The notes below the pieces were generated by a model. It did no database searches, was not told the DNA's origin, and saw nothing but the letters and a program-made list of their open reading frames with translations. Position numbers and translations under genes: made by a program. Below are positions 52,140-64,000 of a stretch of DNA of 64,000 bases, one piece after another; position 1 is the first letter of the stretch, and every line of letters starts with the position of its first letter. This DNA is from Eledone cirrhosa (taxonomy: Eukaryota): the NCBI GenBank assembly GCA_964016885.1, contig OZ024749.1:56544001-56608000 (forward strand). The letters are read 5' to 3'.

Positions 52140-52310
52140 AGAGAAAGAGAGAGAGAAAGAGAGAGTGAGAGATAGAGAGTGAGAGATAGAGAGTGAGAGA
52201 TAGAGAGTGAGAGATAGAGAGTGAGAGATATAGAGTGAGAGATAGAGTGAGAGATAGAGAGTGAGAGATAGAGTGAGAGATAGAGAGTGAGAGATAGAGA
52301 GTGAGAGAGA
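52140..52310. repeat. GA-rich 12/14-bp minisatellite (GAGAGTGAGAGATA)
   Basis: Direct tandem units. Confidence 0.9.
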
Positions 52311-53447
52311 GAAACAAAGGAAGATGGAAGGGGCGAGAAAAGAGATGCCATCAGGATGAAATAATTAAAAAGAAAGGAATAAAGAAAGAAAGCACAAAAG
52401 AAAGAAAGAACAAAAGAAAGAAAGAACAAAAGAAAGAAAGCAAGCAAGAAAGTAAGAAGGGAAGATATTAGTGACACAAGAAAGCTAGTGAATATTTAAA
52501 AGTGCTATGGCAATCCTCTCTTGAGTTGCTCCTGGGAGGATTTTAGACAGAATTTATGAATTACATTGGTAAATGTGCTATTATTGGGTGACAATTACGA
52601 AACTCTGTTGAATTCTAAAGCAGTGGAATTCCTAATATTATAGGTTGAGTGTTAACAGTGAGAAACCATGGTAATTCATACACGGAGAGAAGAAGAAAAA
52701 GAAGAAGAAGAAGAAGTTGTATTAAACCATGTTTGGGTCGTTGGTTGATTCATAACTTTATCTCCATAGGAACCACTGATTCTCGTCGATGGTTAGTCGC
52801 TGTGTTACACAGACAAATACATGACTACACTTATACATACACACACACACACATCGGTATATATATGTTTATATATATATATACACACACACGCCAGAGA
52901 TACATAAATAAATCTATATATCACATGCATACATGTCAACACTCATACACACACACACACACATACATATATACATACACGTATATATAAGTACACACGC
53001 ACACACTCATATATATATATTTGCATGTCTAGGGGACAGGCTAACGTCATGTCATCAATATTTATGACACAAATGATTCAGTCCCACCCCCTCTGAGGTG
53101 GGCAAGTAAAGCTATACTAATACGACAAAAAACACAATAAATAAACAAAATAAAAAAAACAACAAAAATCCCTAAAAAAATACGAAAAAACAACAACAAT
53201 AACAACAAATACAGTAAAAAAAAACAATCGTAAAATAAAAGCAATCAATTGGGTAATAAAGTTTTCTATCGATAACATCACCCCACCTACCTAACACCAC
53301 ACACCAAAAAATACACAAAAACAAATATATATATATATATACATATATGTATACATATATATAAATATATACACAATACATGTATGTATATATATATATA
53401 TATATATACATACATACACACACACATATATATATATACATACGTAT

Positions 53448-53480
<33 letters not shown>

Positions 53481-53489
53481 CATACGTAT

Positions 53490-53522
<33 letters not shown>

Positions 53523-53573
53523 CACATACGTATACACACACACACACATATATATATGTACACATACGTATAT

Positions 53574-53604
<31 letters not shown>

Positions 53605-53615
53605 CACATAGGTAT

Positions 53616-53656
<41 letters not shown>

Positions 53657-53867
53657 AAGGAGGACTAATGAAAAAATCACAAATAAAATAATAATTACTT
53701 ATTAAAATGTAGAGCCAGTCCAAGTTGGTCTCTAGTTCACCTGACTAACGACGGGGTTCTTTTGATGGCGGTATATCAAAGTATATATCTTGTAGAGGGG
53801 ACGAGAGTAATTGATGTATCGCTCCATTATTTATATAGAGAGATTATAGATAGATAGATATATGTAT

Positions 53868-53885
53868 TATATAGAGACGTGTAGG

Positions 53886-53924
<39 letters not shown>

Positions 53925-53942
53925 TATAGAGACGTGTAGGTA

Positions 53943-53989
<47 letters not shown>

Positions 53990-54005
53990 TATAGAGACGT
54001 GTAGG

Positions 54006-54066
<61 letters not shown>

Positions 54067-54125
54067 TATAGAGACGTGTAGGTATGTGTATATATATATA
54101 TATGTATGGTATAGAGACGTGTAGG

Positions 54126-54179
<54 letters not shown>

Positions 54180-54238
54180 GATATATATCTATAGATAGAT
54201 AGATATAGATATATATGTATTATATAGAGACGTGTAGG

Positions 54239-54276
<38 letters not shown>

Positions 54277-54356
54277 TAGATAGATATAGATATATATAGA
54301 TAGATATAGATATATATAGATAGATATAGATATATATGTATTATATAGAGACGTGT

Positions 54357-54425
<69 letters not shown>

Positions 54426-54440
54426 TACGTGTAGGTATGT
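53868..54440. repeat. Compound minisatellite: TATAGAGACGTGTAGGTAT units separated by variable (TA)n
   Basis: Seven near-identical units near 53870, 53926, 53990, 54067, 54110, 54223 and 54344, plus partial copies. Confidence 0.9.
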
Positions 54441-54864
54441 GTGTGATTATACATACACACAAACATATATATATATTATATATATGTACGTGTAGGTGTA
54501 TATACGTGAATATGTGTGTGTGTGTATATATATATATTCATATATATACGTGACTATATAAATCTCTCTCTCGATATAAAAATACCTGTCTATACACACA
54601 TATATGTATATATAGGTGTAAGTGCGTGTGTATGTATATATGTATATATATATATGTGTACGTGTGAGTGTGTGTGTGTGTACTGCTGGTTCATTATTTA
54701 TCCTTTCTTTTCATCATAGATGCGAAATTATGATGAAATAATTATCTCAACTGCTTCAATGCCCCGCCCCCCCTCCTCCTGTTCACCTTGCTGTGTCGTT
54801 GGTCATTATAGATGTTACACTTTTCTTACTAATAGACAAAATATACTAATAATACCCTAGCTGC

Positions 54865-54956
<92 letters not shown>

Positions 54957-55851
54957 GAATTCACAAGAATCAAAGCTATGTTCAAAGCATTTATTCACTT
55001 ACAATTGTTTCATCCAAACCTAGGCTTGGATTCTTCGGAGCATTTTTCAATGTGTGTACACATAATTGACCTCCTTTCCAACGCAAGAGACATACAGATA
55101 CATATGTATATATTGATGTACAGTGGAGTGACATATATTATATTATATTATTTCTGTATAGCAATTCAAATTCAAAATCAAAATCACATTAAAACAAAAT
55201 CAAAGCAAAATTAAAATACAATCGGCAGTTAACATAGATAATGCAAGAGGATAGTTTGTTAGTCAGATGTAGTAGTTATTTTAGTTATTTTATACGCTAG
55301 TTACACGTGGGGCATGCACGTGTGTCTCATTTATATATGATTATTGTGCGGCATGGTGTTACATGTAATAGAAGCACTTAAAGCGGATAAGTAAGAGTAT
55401 TATGGAGGTTGTAGTGGTAAGGTATTTTTTGTATATGATACAGAAGTATGTGTGCAAAAAAATAGTATAAAGGAGAAGCAAAAGAAAGTTATGGTTTTTG
55501 TATCCACCACCATTTTCACATTCAGGAAACGTAATATATAGTTTATACATCCTTCACATAATTAACGATGATTCCGTATTGGATGTTTGATGCATTAAAT
55601 TATTTTAGCTTGTTGCGGCTCAGTGTTCTTTAATCCAATTTTATAGAGCAGGTTGTTTCTGTAGAACAACTGATGTTATTACATTGAGCTATTTATCTTA
55701 CTGGTAATAAGGTAGTAATAAATTACTGACCTTCACTGTTTAGGGTTTAAAATATATATAACTATAAAAAGTTTTAGTATATACATAACCATAAATAGTA
55801 TCCTTAATATTATATATATATATATATTTATACCAATATATATATATATAT

Positions 55852-55920
<69 letters not shown>

Positions 55921-55993
55921 CTTATACCAATATATATATATATATCTATATTCATACACTCATATACATATAGTGAGAGACCCACACATACAA

Positions 55994-56024
<31 letters not shown>

Positions 56025-56938
56025 TATATATATTAATACATACGAATGCATACATCAATATATAAATGTATATACACACATAAACGTCGGTTTGAAGAAT
56101 TGCCATCCCTTGATCATTTTCTCAAACAGTTTATACGAGTATGACTTGTTATCCCTAGCTAAGACTTAGATTCCTTTCTGCATATGCTACAGTGAAAGAA
56201 AAAAAATGATGAGGCCATGTTCACGGAACACACTTGAAAGTTGTTTAAATCAAGTGATTCTTCTGTTTGAAACTTTTTTAGGTGAGGAAAAACCTTGCAC
56301 TGGACCAATTCCTTTCTCTAAACACCGCTGAAAGTTATACAATAACGAAGAACAGCTCACCATCTCTGGCTACCACCAAGTCACAGATTTTATATCAGAG
56401 TTTTTACCTCTCCTAGAATGATGAGCAGGGGTTGTAGATTTAGAGAGAAAGAGAGATGTAATATTTAACACAAACAGCAACAAAAAGAAAAAAGTTTATA
56501 TCCTTAAATTCAAATATGCAAACGGTATTTCGAAGGTGTTGTATCACACACACACACACACACACATACTGACATACACATACTCCGGTGCACGCAGTCA
56601 CACTGATCCCCCCCCCACACAAAATGTCAATATCTTCAAAAGACAGAAATGAGAAGGGAGAAGTCTTGTAAGAAAGTCACAGAAAAATAATGATTGATTA
56701 GTTGATGTCTAGATTTATATTCCTGGATTAATCGTCTTTTCTGGAAAGTTCTTGGCTTTTATATTAATTTATTTTATTGGCTTGTCCCTCCTCTCCTATC
56801 TTATATCTTATTTAACGAAGCGGTTTACATTTTAATCATAAACTCGACACAAAAACAGCAACAACTGCAATTATAATACTAAAGGTATACACACATACCT
56901 TTACATACACACTAACACATACACAAATATATCTATAT

Positions 56939-57108
56939 TGGCGGTGGATTGGCAGTATTGGTAGAGGGTCGGACGCCATGCTTTGTCCCTTTACGGTCTG
57001 AGTTCAAATCCCGCTGAGGTTAATTTTGCCTTTCATCCTTACTGGTTCGATAAAATAAAGTACCAGTAATGTACTGGGTAATTGCAACCTTGTGCCAAAA
57101 GTAGAAAC
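56939..57108 (+). mobile_element. SINE family B copy
   Basis: GGCGGTGGATTGGCAGTATTGGTAGAGGGTCGGAC..GAGTTCAAATCCCGCTGAGG..GCCTTTCATCC..CCTTGTGCCAAAAGTAGAAAC. Confidence 0.85.
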
Positions 57109-57128
57109 ACACACACACACACACACAT

Positions 57129-57157
<29 letters not shown>

Positions 57158-57159
<2 letters not shown>

Positions 57160-58789
57160 CAATATTAAATAAATGGAAACTATATTTATAAAACCATATT
57201 TATTTCATTATATATATTTCAGGGATATCATATTAACAATATGCTATGCCTTCCTCAGACAAAATACAATATAAACAGTTTTATAGATAAATAGATTTGA
57301 CATACCGTAACAACATCGACTTGTATTTGAAAAAGTTGAATTGGCAGTGAAAAAATTGTACACAGAGAGAAAGAAAGAGAGAAAAAAGGAAAGAAAGACA
57401 GAAAACGAAGAAAAAGAAGAAAAAGAAGAAATGCATGGAACAAAATAGAGAGATGGAAAGATAGATAAAGAGAAGAACTTCATGTAAAGAAACAGAGATA
57501 TATATATATATATATAGAGAGAGAGGAAATAGAGATATATATATATATATAGATAACTAGGTAGTGGGACGTCCGTTGAGTAAACGTATCAATGATACAT
57601 TTATTTATTTATTTATTTATTTAGCTCTAGTATTAATGTAAGGGAGATATATGGAGAGAAACCAGCTGTTATATAGAGAGAAAAATTTAAAAATAACCAG
57701 ACATAGGCGAGGCGTAAAAATCCTATGTTTTAATGTATGTATAAAAACCAGCCACTATATTGTAAATATCAGTATTCTTGAATGAGACATGTACCCATAA
57801 TGTGTGAAAAGTAATGATCTCATGTTTAGTTTTTTTAAAAAATTCATATGTGATAACTACAAACATCTATGTGAATTTACATGATCAACTCTGCAAACCC
57901 TAAGTTCACGGAAAACATTCTCATTGTGGTATAAAAATTTAAGTATACATATATGTGTATATATATACACACAAATATATATAGAGTCAATATTACTACT
58001 ATTCCTGTCTTTACTCTACAAGATTATCTATCAAGCAGAAATAGAGAGCAGATTTCAATATACTAATAAAAATATATATCAGAAACAAAACTAAAAAATA
58101 ACAATAATAATAATAAAATAGAAAACTAAAAAATATTACGAAAGAATATTACATATTAAAAATATTAAAAATAAAAATATTAGAAAATACTACAATAATA
58201 AAAATAAAAATAAACCACAAAGATCAACCCTTCAAAATTAATTGACAATATATTGCCAAGTTCATTATAAGCATCAGAGTCGAAAAACAGATAAAGCCAA
58301 AAATTATCTATCAAATCGCATCTAGCAAAGATCATTTCAAAAAGTTTAGGATGCCCATTTGGTCTACATGTGTTCTTATATTTAATATAGAAGTTTATCT
58401 AGTGTAACGTTTATTCGAAATATTTGGAGCATCAACTTTTAGGGTAGCTTAATTTTCATGAAGAATGTTTAAATAAAAATAAAAATAAAAATAAAAAGAA
58501 GAAATCAGAGATTTATCGGCTAGTTTCCCATATAATTATAAATCAAACTAAATATACTACATTTTAAATTTAAATTTATATTTAAACGTTGAGTTTAATC
58601 TATGTTTGCAGCAACTGAATAAATTTGTCCGTAGATTAAGGGAATTTTTAGATTTTAGTATAAAGAATATCTCCTCTGCGCAGAGGTCACATGTCTCAGA
58701 GGATGAATTGTTAATATGATATCCCTGAAATATATATAATGAAATAAATATGGTTTTATAAATATAGTTTCCATTTATTTAATATTGTA
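57158..58789. repeat. Perfect 83-bp inverted repeat enclosing ~1.47 kb
   Basis: 57158-57240 is the reverse complement of 58707-58789. Confidence 0.9.
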
Positions 58790-58873
58790 AATATACTCCA
58801 AATACTTGTCGAGTGCTTTTATATCAGTTATAAATATTTACTAGTTGTAACCCAACAATTTAAATATAACTTT

Positions 58874-58922
<49 letters not shown>

Positions 58923-60757
58923 GAAACATTCACACACACTTACACGTGTGTGTGAGTGTGTGTGTGTGCGTGCTGTAGAAGGAGAGAGAAAGAAAGAGAG
59001 TTTGTATATCTTTGTGGTTGTCTATGTGTAGCCATGCATATATATATCTACTTCCCTGTCTACATTTATACAGAGAAATGCACACACACACACTCATATA
59101 TACTTACGTATATACCTACACATATACACAAACGCAGACAGCGCGCGCACACACATATATGTATACATATATATATATACCTACATAAATACTTACATAC
59201 ATACAAACATATACATATATCAAACACATTCAGAAGGATAACAGAACACAAGTCAAAACTGTCATGTCAGCTGTGTACATTTTGATTGGCCATCAGTAAA
59301 ATAACAGACTTGTCGGAATGTGATTTTCGTTATCATAATTAGAATCATTGTTTGTAGCCATTCTCCTTTACCCACCGACTTTCGTCTGAGTCCAGTTTTT
59401 GATCGGTAACAACCAAGTGGTCAAGTTTGCTGAAGCGTACTCATTTCATTAAGCACCGTTTTCTCCTTCACCGCTCACACTAAATTGCTGCTCTGCAAAG
59501 CCTACATCCATCGCCAACGAATTCTCCATCAAAACCATTCGCATACATACATACAGCATACATGCATATACATACATATATATATATACACTGCCTGCCA
59601 TGGACATAATTTCTAGTATTTACTATTGCAGCAAGGGATGAGAGAGGAGTGTAGTAGTGGTGTGGTCATGTGTTGGTAGTGGCTAGACTCTACTAAAACT
59701 CTACAAATGGAGGTAATGATGCTATTCTCATACAGTCAATATTCAAGGCTTGCATTTCATTCTCTGAAGAATTAATATGAGAGCGAGAGAAAAGAATGCA
59801 GTAGGTCAATATATCATAAATAATCGTTGAGTGAATGCCATGGATGTTTATTATACTCTCTTGACCGTGTCTGCAGCGGTATTTATAGAGATCTTAATAT
59901 AGTGGACTAGAAGTATATCCCCATATTTATGTCTTTTGGTCGGCTAAAAAAGAAAAAAAAAAAAAAAACGAAAATAAAAAAAAAGAAAAAAAGAAAAGTA
60001 AAAACAAAAAGAAATATGTATCTAAATAAATAAAACATAGTTTCCTCGTGCATGAATACTATCCTCTAATGACGCTGGTTTCTTCTAACTACGTCGTTAC
60101 GCATGCCTGGTCACGTGTGTTGCAAGGCATTAAACGGGAAGAGATGCAATTTGGAACATACACTGTGCAGTCTAGAAAACGTTAGTTGCTTACATTTCTT
60201 TTTCAGAGGAATTACGCAAATGAAATAAAGTTTTTCAGAAAGCTAACAGATTATTACGGAACATCTCCCTATTTATATCACTCATTAGTTTGGCCAAAAT
60301 CTTTGCCAATATAATGGAATAAATCAATTCTATATAACATGCCATCACGTAACTAGAGCCAACTCTAGAGTTTCCTATGTGTCTTTTTGATTTGTTAGAA
60401 ATAACAGCCAAATTCCATTCAAACTTCATCTGAAAATCTCAGAAAAATGAAAGAGAAAAAAAAAAACGAAAGAATATATTAAATAATGTAGTCCTGCAGA
60501 AATTGTTTCAAATTGGAACGCAATGGTCATGGTTGAAATGCTTTGAAGATAAGCTTGCTATACCAGAGTTGGTAAACGGTCACATGTCCTCAATAATGTT
60601 GATATAAAGAATGATGTGCTCTCGCACCAATTGTGGGTTGGTGAGGCTACTTAACCCAGAGTTGCGGTAGATGGCCAATGATTCTGAGGAGTTCAGCTGT
60701 CCTTTTAACAGCTCTTGTTTTGTTTCGTGCTGCAGGGGTTCCACTTACCCATCACCC

Positions 60758-60966
60758 GACCAGGGTCTGTTGCAGGAGCCAGTTTAGTCACCGACCATTC
60801 ATCCATGAAACAGGTTATACAGGGTTACATGTTACCAGTAGCAGGTAAAAGCCTGACCTGATCTGACCAGGGTCTGTTGGGGGAGCTGGTTTAGTCAGCG
60901 ACCATTCAACCATTAAACAGGTTATACTGGGTTACATGTTACCAGTAGTAGGTAAAAGCCTGACCT
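60758..60966. repeat. Tandem duplication, 107-bp period (family E sequence)
   Basis: GACCAGGGTCTGTTG..GGTAAAAGCCTGACCT at 60758 and 60865, with a few substitutions. Confidence 0.9.
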
Positions 60967-61255
60967 AACATTGTGATCTCTAAAGAACCCAGACGATTAC
61001 CTATTTCTCTGTTGACTGAGAGATGCAACATCTAGACTCTAAATATTATGACTTAACTAAATCAGTTATTTCGATTTACAAAAATAGATCTTTCCCTGGA
61101 TAGCCGCTTATTATTGTTATTCATAAGACAGTGTGTGTTCAATATTTTCAAATATGTATTTAAATATACGATTATACAAAATATACGTTCTTAGACAACA
61201 CTATAAAATGTAATTTTACGCATTTTGACAAATGTAAACGTCTTGGGTATCTCTC

Positions 61256-61304
<49 letters not shown>

Positions 61305-61521
61305 CACCCATACACATGGGGGCACACACACACACACACACATACACACATACACACACATATATATATACACACATCTGTGTGTGTATGCGTATGTGCA
61401 GTTCTATCGATGTATGGTGCTACATAGAGAATAATTATGCAAATCTAATTTCATTAGTTGCAAAGTGGTGTTAGAAATCATAAGGAGAATTATATATTTA
61501 CATACAAACACTCTCATACAC

Positions 61522-61586
<65 letters not shown>

Positions 61587-62078
61587 GAGAGAGAAATAAA
61601 GATAGATACATAAATAGGTAGGTTGGTAGATAGATAGGTATATGTTAGATAGATAGGTAGGTTGATATATAGATAGATAGATTTATATGGACATAATATC
61701 ATTTGCATTCAAATGACGCCTATCTCATATGACTGTAGTTAAATATGCATTTATGCATATTTATTCTTAAGTACTATCTAATTAATACATACACATATTT
61801 AGTGTTACGATTTATTATCGGTCATAAAAGCAATGTCTTGTCACATATATTGATGTTATTTCGTTTTAAATGTATATCTGTTTATTCCTCCCCACACAGA
61901 TAGTGTCAGCTCGGTTATATATATTGAAGTTGTTAATGTTAAGCCCCGGGTCAAATCCCACCACAATAGAAATATGATGAAACGACTTTCAGATCTCAGT
62001 TTCCTGTCTTTTGGTAAATCTATATCTGTTTAAACTGCATCTTTGTTTTCTAAAATAGTAAGGTATTGGATTGGCAAG

Positions 62079-62515
62079 GGGCAGTGGATTGGCAGTATCG
62101 GTAGAGGATAGGACACCATGCTTTGCAGCATAGAGTTATGGCCCTTGCCATTCTGAGTTCAAATCCCGCCGAGGTTAACTTTGCCTTTCATCCTTACGGG
62201 ATCGATAAAATAAAGTACCAGTAATGTACTGGGATAATTGCTGGTCTTGTGCCAAATGTAGAAACAATTATTATTTGAGGATGACACGAGGGTAGTGGAT
62301 AGGCAGTGATCGGTAGAGCGTCAGACAACATGCTTTGCAGCATGGAGTTACGGCTCTTTATGTTCTGAGTTAAAATCCTTCCGAGGTTGACTTTGACTTT
62401 CATCCTTACGGGGTTCGATAACAAAGAACCAGTAACACACTGGGGTCAATTTAATCGACTTTTAGCCCCACCTCGCCTAAAAAACTCTTTGGCCTTGTGC
62501 CCAAATCAGAAATCA
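62079..62515 (+). mobile_element. Two tandem SINE family B copies (62079-62273, 62289-62515)
   Basis: Each has GTGGAT(T/A)GGCAGT..TCGGTAGAG, TCTGAGTT(C/A)AAATCC and TTTCATCCTTACGGG. Confidence 0.85.
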
Positions 62516-62846
62516 TTATTTAAGGGCTACAAACATTGCTTCAATGTTTTTAGGAGATGAAATAACTCTGGACACTTCTGCCGCCTTAACTTTGGAATAC
62601 GAACCAGTACGAGACCTCGAAACAGCATCGAGTGCTTCAAGCGGCACACCGCCTATATCACTGTCACACATATAACTAACACACACACACACACATATAA
62701 CTAACACACACACACACACATATATATAACTAACACACACACATATATATTCAAAAGAAATCATCAATATCCGAGGATTTATTGTGAAATGAAACAGTTC
62801 TAGTCCTGTAGAAGTCATTTCTATATTAAACTTTGGTTTACACTCT

Positions 62847-62890
<44 letters not shown>

Positions 62891-62892
<2 letters not shown>

Positions 62893-63047
62893 CGAAGGAA
62901 ATGTGGTAAGGAACCAGGTGGACCATAACGCACCAAAGTACTCAATATTTGAGGTAGTAGAGTGGGTAATAGGAACCAGTAAGACCCCGACAGCTGAGCT
63001 CAAGCCGTCGAAACGGCTTGAGCTCAGCTGTCGGGGTCTTACTGGTT

Positions 63048-63052
<5 letters not shown>
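62891..63052. mobile_element. Truncated copy of the 22542 fold-back element ending in a perfect 40-bp hairpin
   Basis: 62891-63008 aligns with 22545-22664. 62969-63008 is the exact reverse complement of 63013-63052 (loop CGAA). (TA)n on both sides. Confidence 0.85.
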
Positions 63053-63084
<32 letters not shown>

Positions 63085-63842
63085 GTAGCTCCATTTGCAC
63101 ATATTGCTATTACTCGACATTAATTAATCTTTTCAATTTACAGACCTAGGACGCCTTCTCAAAACATCTCCCCAAGGCTACTATATTACACAATGTCCAC
63201 CAGTCTCTCATAAATATCACTTTCTCTATAGTTGCTATTTCTCGACTAGAATACAGCCGAAATCTTCTACACTGTTGTCTGCTTTCATTGCTTCCCATCA
63301 GCTTTTCAAAATACCTACCCGGTTCTCTCTCTCTGTTTGTGTGAAGGTATGCATATACGTATATGATTATATATATATCCATACATATGAATATATATAT
63401 ACATATCTATATATACTCCTTGTTGCTGCTGTATAGTACAGTTTTCAGAACCGTGAGAAGACCAGACAAAGATGTATTGAAGTGTCTGGTGGTAGATGTA
63501 GAATATATTAAACTAGTATATTCTTGAATGTGATATATCAATAAAGATGGGAGATTGTTCCGATTAATAAACCGAGTGAAACATTCTGCAGACACTCATG
63601 AAAGGAATATATGAAGTATTACATTATTTTAACAGGGAAAATACCATGGTACGTTATTTTTATTGCCATGTTGTTGATAGAGCATCGAAATACTTTTCAT
63701 GGTCAAATGGAATCAAATCATAGTTTTAAGTATTCATAATATTAAAAATCGGGGGGGGGGGGGGAGGGTAATACTCTACTCTCTACTCTCCCTACATTTA
63801 TAATTATCTATTTATCTATTTATAATAATCTATTTTTAATAA

Positions 63843-63934
63843 TCTAGCTAGACGGATTCGAACCTTCGACCTAAGGATAACAACTACCTATAACAAACTA
63901 CAGTCCTCCGCTCTACCTACTGAGCTATCGGGTA
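63843..63934 (-). tRNA. tRNA-Tyr(GTA) with 19-nt intron, probably a pseudogene
   Basis: Minus strand reads TACCCGA TAGCTCAGTAGGTAGAGC G GAGGA CTGTAG [TTTGTTATAGGTAGTTGTT] A TCCTT AGGTC GAAGG TTCGAAT CCGTC TAGCTAG A. D arm and anticodon arm match eukaryotic tRNA-Tyr, with the intron at canonical 37/38 (63879-63897). Acceptor stem TACCCGA/TAGCTAG is mostly unpaired and the T stem has one mismatch. Confidence 0.88.
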
Positions 63935-64000
63935 ACTTGCTTCTTACCACCAAATTTAACATTGAAATTGGATTTGAAATAAATTTAATGATTACAATTG

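Noticed and set aside
53868-54440. CRISPR-like array
   Set aside because: Eukaryotic context, spacers are simple TA runs of variable length, no cas genes.
62520-62674. Plus-frame peptide GDEITLDTSAALTLEYE..SSGTPPIS, faintly cadherin-like
   Set aside because: Key LDYE/AxDxG residues are absent, there is no clear donor site, and the antisense frame is equally open.

Overview
Eukaryotic, very AT-rich, microsatellite-dense genomic DNA with a 200-N assembly gap at 4010-4209. The repeat landscape (tRNA-derived SINEs, RTE remnants, huge TA/CA/ATC tracts) looks like an octopus-type cephalopod genome; this is inference only. The only recognisable protein-coding unit is an intact, full-length R4/Dong-type non-LTR retrotransposon (1130 aa, RT + CCHC zinc knuckle + PD-D restriction-like endonuclease) inserted in a (TAA)n tract at 33636-37292. 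Also present: an intron-containing tRNA-Tyr(GTA), probably a pseudogene, about 15 SINE copies from two families, Tc1/mariner-type MITEs, a hAT-type non-autonomous element with an 8-bp TSD and an RTE/Expander 3' remnant. Nearly all other ORFs in the track are simple-repeat artefacts. The most unusual signals are structural: (1) a ~325-nt rod-like fold-back element with a 15-bp direct repeat in TA-rich DNA, with a second truncated and re-folded copy; (2) an inverted-repeat element whose two arms each carry a tRNA-like Pol III module, nested in the hAT element; (3) a series of perfect snap-back inverted duplications (40-110 bp arms) abutting (TA)n tracts; (4) degenerate hammerhead-like motifs. 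Several unrecognised candidate exons and an X-box-like motif hint at a large host gene, but this is unproven.
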